A DNA stretch of 64,000 bases, taken from the NCBI GenBank assembly GCA_001780275.1, contig MFGB01000023.1, forward strand, positions 5,375 to 69,374, in the 5' to 3' direction. The position numbers were made by a program, and so were the translations under genes. Below the pieces are notes generated by a model. The model was given only the letters and a program-made list of their open reading frames with translations. It made no database searches and had not been told where the DNA came from. Below are positions 29,871 through 39,876 of the stretch, in pieces. The stretch's first letter is position 1. Every line of letters begins with the position of its first letter. This DNA comes from Candidatus Falkowbacteria bacterium RIFOXYA2_FULL_47_19 (GTDB taxonomy: Bacteria; Patescibacteriota; Patescibacteriia; Patescibacteriales; UBA12075).

Positions 29871-30584
29871 TTAATTACCTTTTTTGCATTCTCCGCGGAA
29901 GAACGCCCACTCATCGCATTCGCTGCCGTCCGTGAATTTACATACTCCGTACTGCCCGCCGTCGGCATCCGTCCTTATTTGGGTCTCTCCGCCCTCACTG
30001 ACGCAGTGGGCCGAAGCGGGATTGGGAAGCTCTACCCTATCCTGCGCGCCGGACTCGCGCTCCGCGCAATCCGGGGTCATTTCGGCCGGAAAACCGAACC
30101 GCGCGATTTCGGCGCAGTCATATAGTCCGTTGCCGTCAAAAGCGATCTGCCAGACGCCGTTTTCTTCGTAAGCGAAAAAGATGCCGCCCGGGCCGAATCC
30201 TCCCTCCATGGCGAATTTGACGCCGCCCCGCGCGTGATCGCCGTCGAACCGGTCGATCGTTATCCGGATCTCTTCCGCGCTTTTCCCGTATTTGGCGATA
30301 AAAGCCTGCCGGATACTTTCAATATCGGCTTCCGACGCTTCGGCCGATTCCGGGACGCAGGGCTCTTCCCATGCCCGCAAGCACTTTTCCCTGGCCTCGC
30401 ACCAGGAGTAACCGGCCGCGACGAGACAGCCATGCTCGTCTTTTTGTCCGCCGATAAGGCCGCTCTCGTTATCCGCTCTCCCCGGTTCCGCCGGCCGTCC
30501 GTAATAGGCGTAAACCCCGGCGATAACCAATCCCGAGACCGCCGCAACGGCCAAAATTATGGTTAAAAAACTCTTTTTGCCCAT
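29871..30584 (-). CDS. Membrane-anchored protein with a DUF333-like domain
   Basis: GG.KDEHGC...AGYSWC....C.R.WE; NPASAHC...GG...GVC.F.DG.ECDEWAFFRGEC. Confidence 0.75.
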   Translation of the reverse strand: MGKKSFLTIILAVAAVSGLVIAGVYAYYGRPAEPGRADNESGLIGGQKDEHGCLVAAGYSWCEAREKCLRAWEEPCVPESAEASEADIESIRQAFIAKYGKSAEEIRITIDRFDGDHARGGVKFAMEGGFGPGGIFFAYEENGVWQIAFDGNGLYDCAEIARFGFPAEMTPDCAERESGAQDRVELPNPASAHCVSEGGETQIRTDADGGQYGVCKFTDGSECDEWAFFRGECKKGN

Positions 30585-30715
30585 ATTTTTGTAAAAATAA
30601 AAACGCTATTAAAATCAATATGTGAACCCATCTTAATTTATATACGAATATAAAGTAAAAGGGTAACAACGCTTATATTTTTATCTTTCTTCCTCCCCGA
30701 AATTAACCGGCTTCC

Positions 30716-31357
30716 CTACTTTTTGCCTTTTTTATGGGCGGCTTTCTTCGGGGTTATCGCCTTTTTGATCTTCTTCAGGATCTCTTTCTTTTTGGGCTTG
30801 ATCTTTTTTCCGTTTTTTTTCTCAGCGATCTTTTCGATCACATGGGTAACCGGTTTTTCCTTAACGGTTTTTTCCGCGGAAAAATTCAATGACAATATTT
30901 TTATTATACTATCGAGTTTATTGTTCAACGCTTCAAACTGTTTTTTGTATTGGTCCGCTCCGGCCTGGCCGCCGCTACCGCCGGCCTTTTCGCTTTTGCC
31001 GAAACAATCGCTGCAGTAAACCGGCTTATCGCCCGTGGGCCGAAAAGGCACTTCGCAGTCCCGATGGCACTTATCGCAAACGGCTTTGAACATCTGTTTG
31101 TTGCCGAAGCCTGAACGCCCGGAATCTTTCCTTTCAAAACGGCCTCCGCCCGAATTATCTTTTTTGCCGAAACAATCGCTGCAGTAGACCGGCTTGTCGC
31201 CGGACGGCCTGAACGGCACCTCGCATTGCCGGCCGCATTCGGCGCAGATAGCATCATGCATTTGCGGCCTTTCCCTGTTGTTCCCCCCTCTAAAACCGTG
31301 ATCGCCGTCGAATCGCTTTTTTCCGCCGAATTTTTCTCCTTTATTGAACTTACCCAT
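30716..31357 (-). CDS. Tandem CxxC-x17-CxxC zinc-ribbon protein
   Basis: C..C...CEVPFRP.GDKPVYCSDCF x2. Confidence 0.85.
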   Translation of the reverse strand: MGKFNKGEKFGGKKRFDGDHGFRGGNNRERPQMHDAICAECGRQCEVPFRPSGDKPVYCSDCFGKKDNSGGGRFERKDSGRSGFGNKQMFKAVCDKCHRDCEVPFRPTGDKPVYCSDCFGKSEKAGGSGGQAGADQYKKQFEALNNKLDSIIKILSLNFSAEKTVKEKPVTHVIEKIAEKKNGKKIKPKKKEILKKIKKAITPKKAAHKKGKK

Positions 31358-31636
31358 AATTTTTGCGTTATTTACTTATGCTTTATTAATTATAGGTCTT
31401 ATTCGCTTTTACTGCAACAAAAAAAGCAAGGATAACCCCGCTTTCAATTATTCCCCTGTCATTTTAATATTGGGCCGGGGGAGTAAAATTTTTACACGAT
31501 AGTTTTAGTTGAGATCCTTTGGCAATTAAAAAATAAAAAAGGCTCCTCAGAGAGAGCCTTGAATTGCTTAAATTTTTTATATCATATTTTCTCGTTCATA
31601 ATTTTTTAAAAAATATTTATTCTTAACATGAACATA

Positions 31637-31939
31637 TTATAGGCGGGTTATGCTGATCGCTTTGCCGTTGACGATAGCGTCGCTGATTTTCTTATAAGCG
31701 GAAGAAAGAATGCGCTGAAAGGTGGTTTGGGATGTTTTCATTTTTTTTGCGCACTCGTTCTGGTCTAAATTCTCGATATTTTTAAGGCGCAGCGCCTCTC
31801 CCTCCTCAACCGTTAATTCAATTAATTCCAAATCAGCCATCGGTATTCCCCTGGGTTTAAAATAGTCTGCTTTCGGATTAAAATTTACATTGCGATGCAA
31901 GCATGGCCTGCCCGGGCCGCGCCCGAATCTGTTTGCCAT
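31637..31939 (-). CDS. DUF134 family HTH protein
   Basis: FKPRGIP..L....L..EE.EALRL.....L.Q..CA..M.TSQ.TF.RIL.SA..KI..A. Confidence 0.85.
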   Translation of the reverse strand: MANRFGRGPGRPCLHRNVNFNPKADYFKPRGIPMADLELIELTVEEGEALRLKNIENLDQNECAKKMKTSQTTFQRILSSAYKKISDAIVNGKAISITRL

Positions 31940-32040
31940 ATTTTTATCGGTTTAATAATAACGGATAGCGGATAGCCCCGCCCCATGCGGGGTCATCGGT
32001 CATCGGTCATCTCCGGACGCTGTTCTTGCGCCGGCTCCTT

Positions 32041-32229
32041 TTATTTATCGGCTGGAGCGGCGCTTCCGGTTTGTCTGGCCCGAAAACCAAATCCGCGCGC
32101 CCGTCCTCCCTGAACGCCTCGCCCTTGTCCGGCACCCCCGGGAACGCCCCGGGCCGCACCGCAGGGACCCATGCCCCGGCCCGTAGCCGGACCATTACCC
32201 TGAGGACCGGTTCCATCTTTAAGTGGCAT
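32041..32229 (-). CDS. DUF5320-like small Gly-rich protein
   Basis: MPLKDGTGP.G.GP.TGRGMGPC; GGGGGTG RBS. Confidence 0.7.
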   Translation of the reverse strand: MPLKDGTGPQGNGPATGRGMGPCGAARGVPGGAGQGRGVQGGRARGFGFRARQTGSAAPADK

Positions 32230-32283
32230 ATTTATCACCCCCTTTCTATTAACGATTATAAGGAATAAACGTTATAATCATAT

Positions 32284-32343
32284 TAAATATGAATATATAT
32301 TCATATTTATTTTAAATATATACCCATATTTATCCCTTGTCAA
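32284..32343 (-). promoter_or_regulatory. Sigma70 promoter plus a perfect 26-bp palindrome (candidate DUF134 operator)
   Basis: Minus-strand TTGACA-17-TATATT (32343-32315); TAAATATGAATAT|ATATTCATATTTA at 32284-32309. Confidence 0.65.
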
Positions 32344-32426
32344 GAGGGGCGTTTTTGCGCCCCGATAACCAAAAATCGCGGCCGGAAAGCCGCGATTAAG
32401 TTAAGCGAAAAAAATTAAAAAATCGC

Positions 32427-33581
32427 CTAGGGTAATTCGCGGAACTGTCTATCGGCTTCAGTCGCATTCTTTAATGCCGCCTCAAGATCCGCATCACTCT
32501 CAGCTAAAACACCCTTGAAATATTCGTAAAGATCGCAATTCAACTTGATATACTCATGCGGCGCAAGCTTCTTCTCTGTCTCCGCCGGTTCGCCTGTCTG
32601 ATAATTATATAGCCGCTGCAGGGCATCACCGGCGTAATCTGTGGCTGCCCCGGCTAAATTCTTCACGTGTTCGGCCGCCAGCCCAGCGGCCTTTTCCGCG
32701 GCCGAAGCGGTCATGGCGGCGATATCAGGGATGCCCCCGGCCAGAACCGAAGCGATGCGGGTGGAAAACTCTATAATAGCCACATTCGTCATATCGGCGA
32801 TGCCATTGATGCAATTCTTATTAGCATCCATCATGGCCGTCCGGATATTGTCGCGCGCAGCGTTCGTTTCCTTAACCGCATCAGACCACATCTTCTTTTC
32901 CGCGGCTAATTCTTGTTTCCGGGCCGCTATCGCCTCTTCATTCCGGACGCAAGTGCCGTTTTGACAGGTTTTCATTATCTGCTGGCTTCCGAAAATTTCC
33001 GGGTCAGACGCGCAATCGGTGTCAAAGGTTTTTTCACAAATATTGCCGCGCGGATTGCAGCCCATCTTCCACATCACGTCCCCCTCGCAGATTGGTTCAC
33101 AGTCACTGTCGTATTTACACTGACCCTGATCGACTACTTCATCGTTCGCTTCTTCGGTGCCCTCATCCTCCTTGACCGCTTCCGCGCTTCTGTCGGCGCA
33201 GGTGTCGTCCCCGGCGATTTCATCGCCTCCGCATTTAAAACAGGCTTTGCCCTTTATATAACCGTTGTCCGCCCGACAGCCGTTTTTAAACTTATCAAAC
33301 TCAGTCTCAACCCATTTTTCGTATTTTTCATTCACGTATTTTTTCGCCTCCCCCCGCTTCATGCCGATCTTGTCGCAAAAATCGTTATGAAAAGCACATT
33401 TGCAGTATTGAAAATTCAAATGCGCACCGCAAAAATCATCCCTGATGTCCCCCGGTTTGAATTTAATGGACTGGGTACAGCCGCCCAAAATCGCTGTCAA
33501 AAAAAACACGCCCAGCCCTCCGATAATAATACGCAAAAAATTCTTTTTATCCATACTTTTCGATTTATTTATAATAGACAT
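32427..33581 (-). CDS. Cys-rich lipoprotein
   Basis: Lipobox LGGC; many Cys; helical C-terminus. Confidence 0.7.
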   Translation of the reverse strand: MSIINKSKSMDKKNFLRIIIGGLGVFFLTAILGGCTQSIKFKPGDIRDDFCGAHLNFQYCKCAFHNDFCDKIGMKRGEAKKYVNEKYEKWVETEFDKFKNGCRADNGYIKGKACFKCGGDEIAGDDTCADRSAEAVKEDEGTEEANDEVVDQGQCKYDSDCEPICEGDVMWKMGCNPRGNICEKTFDTDCASDPEIFGSQQIMKTCQNGTCVRNEEAIAARKQELAAEKKMWSDAVKETNAARDNIRTAMMDANKNCINGIADMTNVAIIEFSTRIASVLAGGIPDIAAMTASAAEKAAGLAAEHVKNLAGAATDYAGDALQRLYNYQTGEPAETEKKLAPHEYIKLNCDLYEYFKGVLAESDADLEAALKNATEADRQFRELP

Positions 33582-33657
33582 GGTCTTTAATTTTATTATA
33601 ATCTTACATTAAAATTTTGTAAATAAATATTAAAAAACCGGCAAAAACCGATAACAA

Positions 33658-34905
33658 TCAAAACGACACGCTGTCTCCCGCCGTATAACCGGTGCTCCAG
33701 CAGATCTGCAGGTTATAGCCGCCGGAGGGGCCGTCCAGGTCCAGGGCCTCGCCGGCGAAAAACAAATTCGGATAAAACCGGGAACGCATGGTCTTCGGGT
33801 CAACCTCGAAGGTCGCGACGCCGCCGGCGGTGATCATCGCCCGATCAAAACCCTTTAAGCCCTTAACTTCGAGAATAAATCCCTTCAGAGCTCCGGTCAG
33901 CCGGACGCGCTCTTCTTTTTTAATATCGCTGACCGCCCGAGCGCCGTTTAAGCCGCTTATTTCCAGGATAACCGGCGCGAGCCGAGGCGACGTTAAACGG
34001 ACAAGATAATTTTTAAGCTGCTTATTATTACTCTCGTGAAAATCCTGCCGTATCTTTTTATCGAGCTCGCTCTTTTCGCTATCCGGAAAAAGGTCGATTT
34101 CAAGCTTTAACGCCCCCGCGGACAGGAGTGATCCGATCCGGCCGCTTAGGTCGATCACGGCCGGCCCGCTCAGGCCGTCAGACGTAAAAACCATATCGCC
34201 GCGGCAGCGCGCCACTATTTTTTTGCCGGCCAAAACGTTAAGGCCGGCGTCTTTCAGGCTCAGGCCCTCGAGTTTTTTAACGATTTTTTCCTTGACGACG
34301 ACAGGTGTCAGGGCCGGCCGGGGCGTATTAACGGTGTGGCCTAAAGAAGCGAGCCAGCCGTAAGCGTCGCCCGTTGAACCCGTTGACGGGTAAGACCGGC
34401 CGCCGGTGGCAATCACGAAATTTTTGCTTAAAATCTCTCCGCCGCCTCTAAGCCTCGCTCCCCGGATCGCGTTTTCACGGGCGACCAGCCCGCTCACGGC
34501 GGCGCCGTGCCTGATCTCGACTTTATATTTCTCAAGATATTTAAGAAGCGCCTGCCGGATATCCTCCGCGCGGCCGCTCTTCGGAAAAACCCGGCCTTTG
34601 TCCCCGGCTTCCGTGGTCACGCCTAAATCCGCGAAAAAACGCAAAACGCTTTTCACTCCGAATCTGTGAAAAGCGGAAAATAAAAATTTATGGTTTCGGC
34701 CGTAAACCGCCATCGCCCCCTTATCGTCGGCCGTGAGGTTGGTAAAATTACACCGGCCGCCGCCGCTTAAAAGCAATTTTATTCCCAAAGAATCGTTCTT
34801 TTCCAGGAGGATAACGCGCGCGCCCCGTTCGCCCGCCCGTCCGGCCGCCATCATTCCGGCCGGCCCGCCGCCCACTACCGCTAGATCGTAGATCATAAAA
34901 TTCAC
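33658..34905 (-). CDS. HI0933/BaiN-like flavoprotein
   Basis: GGGPAG, KLLLSGGGRCNFTN, ATGG.SYP.TGSTGD, TAGGV, GE.LDLDG.SGGYNLQ. Confidence 0.92.
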   Translation of the reverse strand: MNFMIYDLAVVGGGPAGMMAAGRAGERGARVILLEKNDSLGIKLLLSGGGRCNFTNLTADDKGAMAVYGRNHKFLFSAFHRFGVKSVLRFFADLGVTTEAGDKGRVFPKSGRAEDIRQALLKYLEKYKVEIRHGAAVSGLVARENAIRGARLRGGGEILSKNFVIATGGRSYPSTGSTGDAYGWLASLGHTVNTPRPALTPVVVKEKIVKKLEGLSLKDAGLNVLAGKKIVARCRGDMVFTSDGLSGPAVIDLSGRIGSLLSAGALKLEIDLFPDSEKSELDKKIRQDFHESNNKQLKNYLVRLTSPRLAPVILEISGLNGARAVSDIKKEERVRLTGALKGFILEVKGLKGFDRAMITAGGVATFEVDPKTMRSRFYPNLFFAGEALDLDGPSGGYNLQICWSTGYTAGDSVSF

Positions 34906-35014
34906 GATTAAACCCCTGGCGCTAAATATCGTATTTAGCGCGCTTAATAATACGACGATATGACAAATCTCCCATAAAAACGGTGCTGGTTTTTCTCATG
35001 GCTCGGGACATAAT

Positions 35015-35491
35015 TCAAATATTCAAACGCCAGATATAAAAATTAAGTATGGCGGCGAAACTTACCCAGGCCCAATACGGCAAGAGAAGATAAGCGGACG
35101 CTTTTTTTATCGGCCGGAATTCACGTATCGTGAGGCCGATCATGAGCCAAAGAATTATGATATTGAGGAACGCCCAGGCCGGACTCTTGAGGCCGAAAAA
35201 TATAATAGACCACGAGGCATTAAATAACAGGTGGATCGAAAAAATCATCATGGCCCGCCTGATTTGTGTCTGCCTGCCCTGTTTCCAGACCAAATAAAGC
35301 GCTACGCCCATAAGCGTATACAAGATGGTCCAGGCCGGACCGAATATCCAGCCGGGCGGATTGAACGCGGGTTTAACAAGCCCGGCATACCAGCCGGAAA
35401 TGGCCGGGGCTGTGAAAACCGTGCCGATGAGGCCGGCCGCCTGGCAGACCGCGATCGACAATATCAATTTTACAGCATTGGCTTTTTTCAT
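35015..35491 (-). CDS. tspO: TspO/MBR family protein
   Basis: WY..L.KP.FNPP.W.FGPAWTILY; LLPY.AWVSFA..LN. Confidence 0.92.
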   Translation of the reverse strand: MKKANAVKLILSIAVCQAAGLIGTVFTAPAISGWYAGLVKPAFNPPGWIFGPAWTILYTLMGVALYLVWKQGRQTQIRRAMMIFSIHLLFNASWSIIFFGLKSPAWAFLNIIILWLMIGLTIREFRPIKKASAYLLLPYWAWVSFAAILNFYIWRLNI

Positions 35492-35569
35492 AGATAGTCG
35501 AAAATAATTTAAGCTGGATTATCTTTTTTGTTTCCTTGTCTTATCGCTTCCGATCCTTCCGTCCCGCGG

Positions 35570-36100
35570 TCAGTCCGTGATCGTGATCTCGATCGTCGTG
35601 CCGATATCCGGAACGCCGGCCTCGTCGAAAACGACCGCCACCGGGGCGCCAACGACTGTCCGCCGCCGATCATCCGAATAGCCGATGGCGCCGACCTCGG
35701 CCGGACCCTTGCCCTTCATCTCCTCGAAGGAGAAACCGGTGCGGTAATCGCAGCCGGAACGGGCCAAGCGCCTATTAGAAAAGATCGGGGAGAAGAAAAA
35801 ACCGGTCTCGTACGAGATATCCCTCTCGACCCCGGGCGCGAAATTGACCTTGACGATAATGTCCGATTTGTCTACCCAGTCGCAGAGCCCGCTCCCCGGC
35901 CGGCCGGCCTGGTCCGCCGCGGTCTGGCCGAGATACGGCCCGGACTCGTCCGGCGCTTCAATGGCCGATTCCGCCGCCGCCTCCCCCGCTGCCCGCTCCC
36001 CGGCCGGCGCCTGTGTCCTCGCGGCATCAGGACGTCCGCAACCGCTGCTCATTATGATCGCCAGGAAAGCGGTCAGAACCAGAAAAATATTTTTCTTCAT
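35570..36100 (-). CDS. Lipoprotein, unknown function
   Basis: MKK start, hydrophobic signal, lipobox SSGC. Confidence 0.65.
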   Translation of the reverse strand: MKKNIFLVLTAFLAIIMSSGCGRPDAARTQAPAGERAAGEAAAESAIEAPDESGPYLGQTAADQAGRPGSGLCDWVDKSDIIVKVNFAPGVERDISYETGFFFSPIFSNRRLARSGCDYRTGFSFEEMKGKGPAEVGAIGYSDDRRRTVVGAPVAVVFDEAGVPDIGTTIEITITD

Positions 36101-36136
36101 AATATTTTTTCTTATTATATTTAGAGAACCGAAATT

Positions 36137-36418
36137 CTAAATCCCGTAAGCGCTCTTGAAAAAATCGGCCGGCTTGACTTCGGTAAAAGCCGTTAGACCG
36201 CCGCCGGATGCATCCCAAGTCTCCTGATAATCTTCGTTCCAGCCGAAAGCGGATTCGGCGATTTTTTTATAGTCCTCCAAAGTATAGAAGCTAAAGCGCA
36301 CGCTGCCGCTGTTGCCGCTGGAATATTCGACCAGATCAAAATAAACATAAACGGTACGCCCGTTTTTATCCGTCGTGCTGAAATCAGGTTCGTCGAATAA
36401 TTTTTTCACCTGAGCCAT
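36137..36418 (-). CDS. Hypothetical protein, probably the frameshifted C-terminus of the upstream lipoprotein
   Basis: Becomes in-frame with 36424-37605 if the G8 tract is G9 or G6. Confidence 0.55.
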   Translation of the reverse strand: MAQVKKLFDEPDFSTTDKNGRTVYVYFDLVEYSSGNSGSVRFSFYTLEDYKKIAESAFGWNEDYQETWDASGGGLTAFTEVKPADFFKSAYGI

Positions 36419-36423
36419 GGTTT

Positions 36424-37605
36424 TTAACCCCCCCCATCACTAAGGTCATTGAACTCGGAAAACGGCATTCTCGGCTGGGTTGACTCGGTTTTTACTTCTT
36501 CTTTTACTTCTTTATCTTCCGCTTTCTGTGGCGCGGACTTTTCGTCTTGTTCGGCTTTTCGGTCAATTTTATCATTAATTCCTAAAATCTTTTCCACTTC
36601 CGCGACTGATTCGCCCGGCGTTTCTTTCCCGTTTTCTTTTAGCCATTCCCCTACTTCCTCTGGTTTCATAACGGCAACGCTTATCGGACTGTCTTTTGTT
36701 TCCCCCGTATAGACAGGTAAATTGATACCTAGGATATTGCCATCCTGGGCCGCGCTCCTGAATTGGTCCAAACCGGCCATAACCGCGTTGAATTTATCAA
36801 ATCCGGAACTAAGATTATTGGGTATGTCCGTTATCGTCAGGACCGTGGCGATAGGTCCGCTTACTTTTCTGGCTTCGCCGACAATGGCCGAAACCTTGTT
36901 GTCATTTCCCAGCGCGATATTAGCTCCGTCCTCCGTCACTTCCAGGACTAAATCCGCGCCGCTCACTATGACGGCCGCTTTTGTTAAGACCGAGCCGGCC
37001 ATGATCGCCGAAGTGCCGCCGCTTAAGACGACGCCCCCCACGAAGCCCGCGACCTTGCAGCCGTCTTTGACCACGATCGCACTTTTTTCCATGGTTTCGT
37101 AAGTATCCCCTTCTCCGCCCCAGATCTCGCTCGAAACCATGGCTTGATCCTGATTAAGGATCAGCTGGGCTCTTTTCGCGTCGACTCCGAGATGCTTGGC
37201 CAGGGTCATTATTTTTTTCCCCATTGGCGCCTTGTCAACGATCCGGGATATCTCCTCTTTATCATAAGCCAGGGCTTCTCTCGTGAATTTAAACCCTGTT
37301 TTTTCCCGCGCCATTTCTTCGGCAGATTTTTCCAAAACGGCCGCGCTTTCTTCCAGGCTTTTCCATCCCTTTATGATCGCCGTCATTTCACTGTTCCAGC
37401 CCTCATAATCCGGATATTGTTCGGCGTTTATTAAAACATTATCGGTTCGATAGCGCAGGGCGACGTAATTTTTCGAAATATTATAGGTTTGCTCATAAAC
37501 GGCTTGTTCGCCGCTTAAAACCGCGTTTTGCGGCGCTGCCTTATCCCGGGCGCAGGCCGACAGGAAAAAGACGGAAATAAGGGGGATTATAAAGATTTTT
37601 TTCAT
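36424..37605 (-). CDS. Lipoprotein, terminating right after a G8 tract
   Basis: Lipobox LSAC; ends ...DGGG* at the homopolymer 36428-36435. Confidence 0.75.
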   Translation of the reverse strand: MKKIFIIPLISVFFLSACARDKAAPQNAVLSGEQAVYEQTYNISKNYVALRYRTDNVLINAEQYPDYEGWNSEMTAIIKGWKSLEESAAVLEKSAEEMAREKTGFKFTREALAYDKEEISRIVDKAPMGKKIMTLAKHLGVDAKRAQLILNQDQAMVSSEIWGGEGDTYETMEKSAIVVKDGCKVAGFVGGVVLSGGTSAIMAGSVLTKAAVIVSGADLVLEVTEDGANIALGNDNKVSAIVGEARKVSGPIATVLTITDIPNNLSSGFDKFNAVMAGLDQFRSAAQDGNILGINLPVYTGETKDSPISVAVMKPEEVGEWLKENGKETPGESVAEVEKILGINDKIDRKAEQDEKSAPQKAEDKEVKEEVKTESTQPRMPFSEFNDLSDGGG

Positions 37606-37891
37606 GCTGTTTATAATTTAATTATTATTTTTCTTTTACGCATAATTAATTGTATAGAGAAAATCAAATTTTGACAAATGCCTGCCGTGATTAAATATTT
37701 TTTATATTTTTATTTTAGCGTTTTTTACATAACCCCAGGCAGGGCTATAATAAAATAATGTTTAAATTTTAAAAAAAGCCGGTTGCACGCATTTGAAATG
37801 CAACCGGCGATAATAATACTACCGCGACAATGGACGGCTTGTTATATTTCGGGGGCACAGAGACTCAAGCCGCCACGATTATTTGCCGCGA

Positions 37892-38092
37892 CTAGTACAG
37901 CGGACAGCAGTCTCCTTGTGGGCTGCCGGAGTCGAAACAGCACTGGCAAACTTGATATTCCTGGCCGATAGCGCGTCCTACCGAGGAAATATTGGTCCCC
38001 AGGAAACATTCCTCGAACAGTCTGCTGGCCAGACTGGAAGTATTGTCCGATTGGCCCGATGATCCTTTGATGTCTTGATTGCGGTTAATCAT
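37892..38092 (-). CDS. Cys-rich 66-aa peptide, candidate RiPP precursor
   Basis: ATGA overlap with the radical SAM stop codon; C-terminal VCQCCFDSGSPQGDCCPLY. Confidence 0.55.
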   Translation of the reverse strand: MINRNQDIKGSSGQSDNTSSLASRLFEECFLGTNISSVGRAIGQEYQVCQCCFDSGSPQGDCCPLY

Positions 38093-39132
38093 GCGGTTAC
38101 TCCTTTCTTAATATATCGCTGTGGATGGAAATAGAACCATTTTATTGGACAGCCCCCGAAGCAATTTACCCAATCCGCGCACTCAATGCAGTCGGCAGAC
38201 GGATAATTATTCATCATTCGCCTGAAATTCAGGCATTTGTCTCCGTACCAGAACGCTTTGAACGAGCCGATATCGGTAAAATCCGCGCCATAACTTCCCA
38301 AAGCATAATCAGTGAATTGATGGCATGGTATGACCTCGCCCTCGGGAGAAAATATCAATCCCGATCCGACTCTGGCATAGCAGGTCCCGGTAAGCATTTT
38401 TCTTTTTATGGCTATCGCTTTAATGTCGGGATCCAGCAAGCAGAGAGGTATTGAGGGCGCCAGAAACATATCCTTATCGATACTGGGAATTTTCCTGATG
38501 ATCCGGGTATACGCGTCCGCGATCTGAACAGGGTCAGGCGCGTCCATGTCACGCGCTTTACCGTCTATAATGACGGGATTAGCGAAGTTCATGGCGATAG
38601 AATTCGCCTCCAAAGAGGAGAGAAATTCAAGAGTCTTATCGATATGACCAAGAGCGGTTCTGCCGAAGGTAAAAAAAAGGCTGGGAGACAATCCTTCTGC
38701 CGCGAGATTCTTTATCCCTTGGCACACGTCGTCGAAGCCGTCGGCATTCGTCTGCCGCATATATTGTTCCCGATCTATTCCTTTTAAGGAAATGCTGATA
38801 TTTTGGAATTTATACTTGGCCATTTTCCTGGAAAAACGTATATCCGAGAACCTCCGGCCATTACTAGTGATCATAATTCCCATGCCGTTTTGCGATATCA
38901 GATCAAGAACGTAAAATAGATCCCGATACAGGTTCGGCTCTCCCCCAATGAGAGAAACGGTTTTTATCCCCAAATCAGCCATAAAGTTAACCAGCGACTC
39001 CGCCTTTTCTCTTGACATTGATGATGCCGGATCGAATCCTGCCCCCTGGGCATAGCACCAGCTGCATCTGTTCTCACACGCCCGATTCACGGTAAGCCAA
39101 CCCATACTTATGTTTTTTTGCACGTCCATCAT
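38089..39132 (-). CDS. Radical SAM/SPASM-domain protein
   Basis: CENRCSWC, GGEP; SPASM C...G.V.PC...CIEC..W.NC.GGC; probable start MMDVQ after AAGGGGG. Confidence 0.9.
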   Translation of the reverse strand: MMDVQKNISMGWLTVNRACENRCSWCYAQGAGFDPASSMSREKAESLVNFMADLGIKTVSLIGGEPNLYRDLFYVLDLISQNGMGIMITSNGRRFSDIRFSRKMAKYKFQNISISLKGIDREQYMRQTNADGFDDVCQGIKNLAAEGLSPSLFFTFGRTALGHIDKTLEFLSSLEANSIAMNFANPVIIDGKARDMDAPDPVQIADAYTRIIRKIPSIDKDMFLAPSIPLCLLDPDIKAIAIKRKMLTGTCYARVGSGLIFSPEGEVIPCHQFTDYALGSYGADFTDIGSFKAFWYGDKCLNFRRMMNNYPSADCIECADWVNCFGGCPIKWFYFHPQRYIKKGVTA

Positions 39133-39339
39133 TCCCCCTTTTATTTGATTTGCAAAGAACGTTGCACTGGAGCTTCCGCTCCTCTTCAAAATGAGCAGTT
39201 TTTATTTTTCCCGATGATTCATTGGCGAATTCGCCCAATTTAACTATGCAATATAAAAATTAATATGGTATTAATGCCGACAGGGGCCTGCGGAACCCGA
39301 AAAAAAAGAGGGGCAGGATTGTCCGCCCCTTACTATGCG

Positions 39340-39783
39340 TTAAGCGATCGCCTTTTTCCCCAGCTCCCCCATGGTCCGACTGCCGCCGCACTCGCTCCAG
39401 ATGATCCTGATCCCGGTAAGGCGAAGCATATCCACCTTCTGGGCTGACCGGCAGTGGCAGGCTACTAAGGTAGTCGGTTTGCCGCTCGCCTTCCGTAGCG
39501 ACCTGGCGATATGAATCGCCTGCTCAAAGGCGTAGAGCCCGGCATAGACGAAGTACTCCTTCACGCTCTTCACCGGCACCGCTCCGTGGTAATACTGTCC
39601 CGAGATACTGTGCATGACACTCCCCGCGCGCTCGTTATCGCTCCAACCCTCGCCGGTGTTGCTCCCCCGGCCGGCATCGTTGGCGCAAACAAAGAGCCTT
39701 TTCTGGCCGTGCCAGCCGGACTCAAACCCCTCCACCCGGTTGTAAGAGATAAGGACAGTGGTTCTGTCGTTGTTCTTCCTCAT
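39340..39783 (-). CDS. Hypothetical protein (alternative in-frame start at 39819)
   Basis: Strong AGGAGGG RBS; conserved-looking YAGL, VAC.C...K and SECGG motifs. Confidence 0.65.
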   Translation of the reverse strand: MRKNNDRTTVLISYNRVEGFESGWHGQKRLFVCANDAGRGSNTGEGWSDNERAGSVMHSISGQYYHGAVPVKSVKEYFVYAGLYAFEQAIHIARSLRKASGKPTTLVACHCRSAQKVDMLRLTGIRIIWSECGGSRTMGELGKKAIA

Positions 39784-39876
39784 GGTTCCCTCCTTGGTTG
39801 TGGTTGTGGTGGTGGTCATGGTTCCCTCGTTGCCTCTGGTTCTCCTGGTCAATCCCCTCCTTTCATCCTGGGTTGT

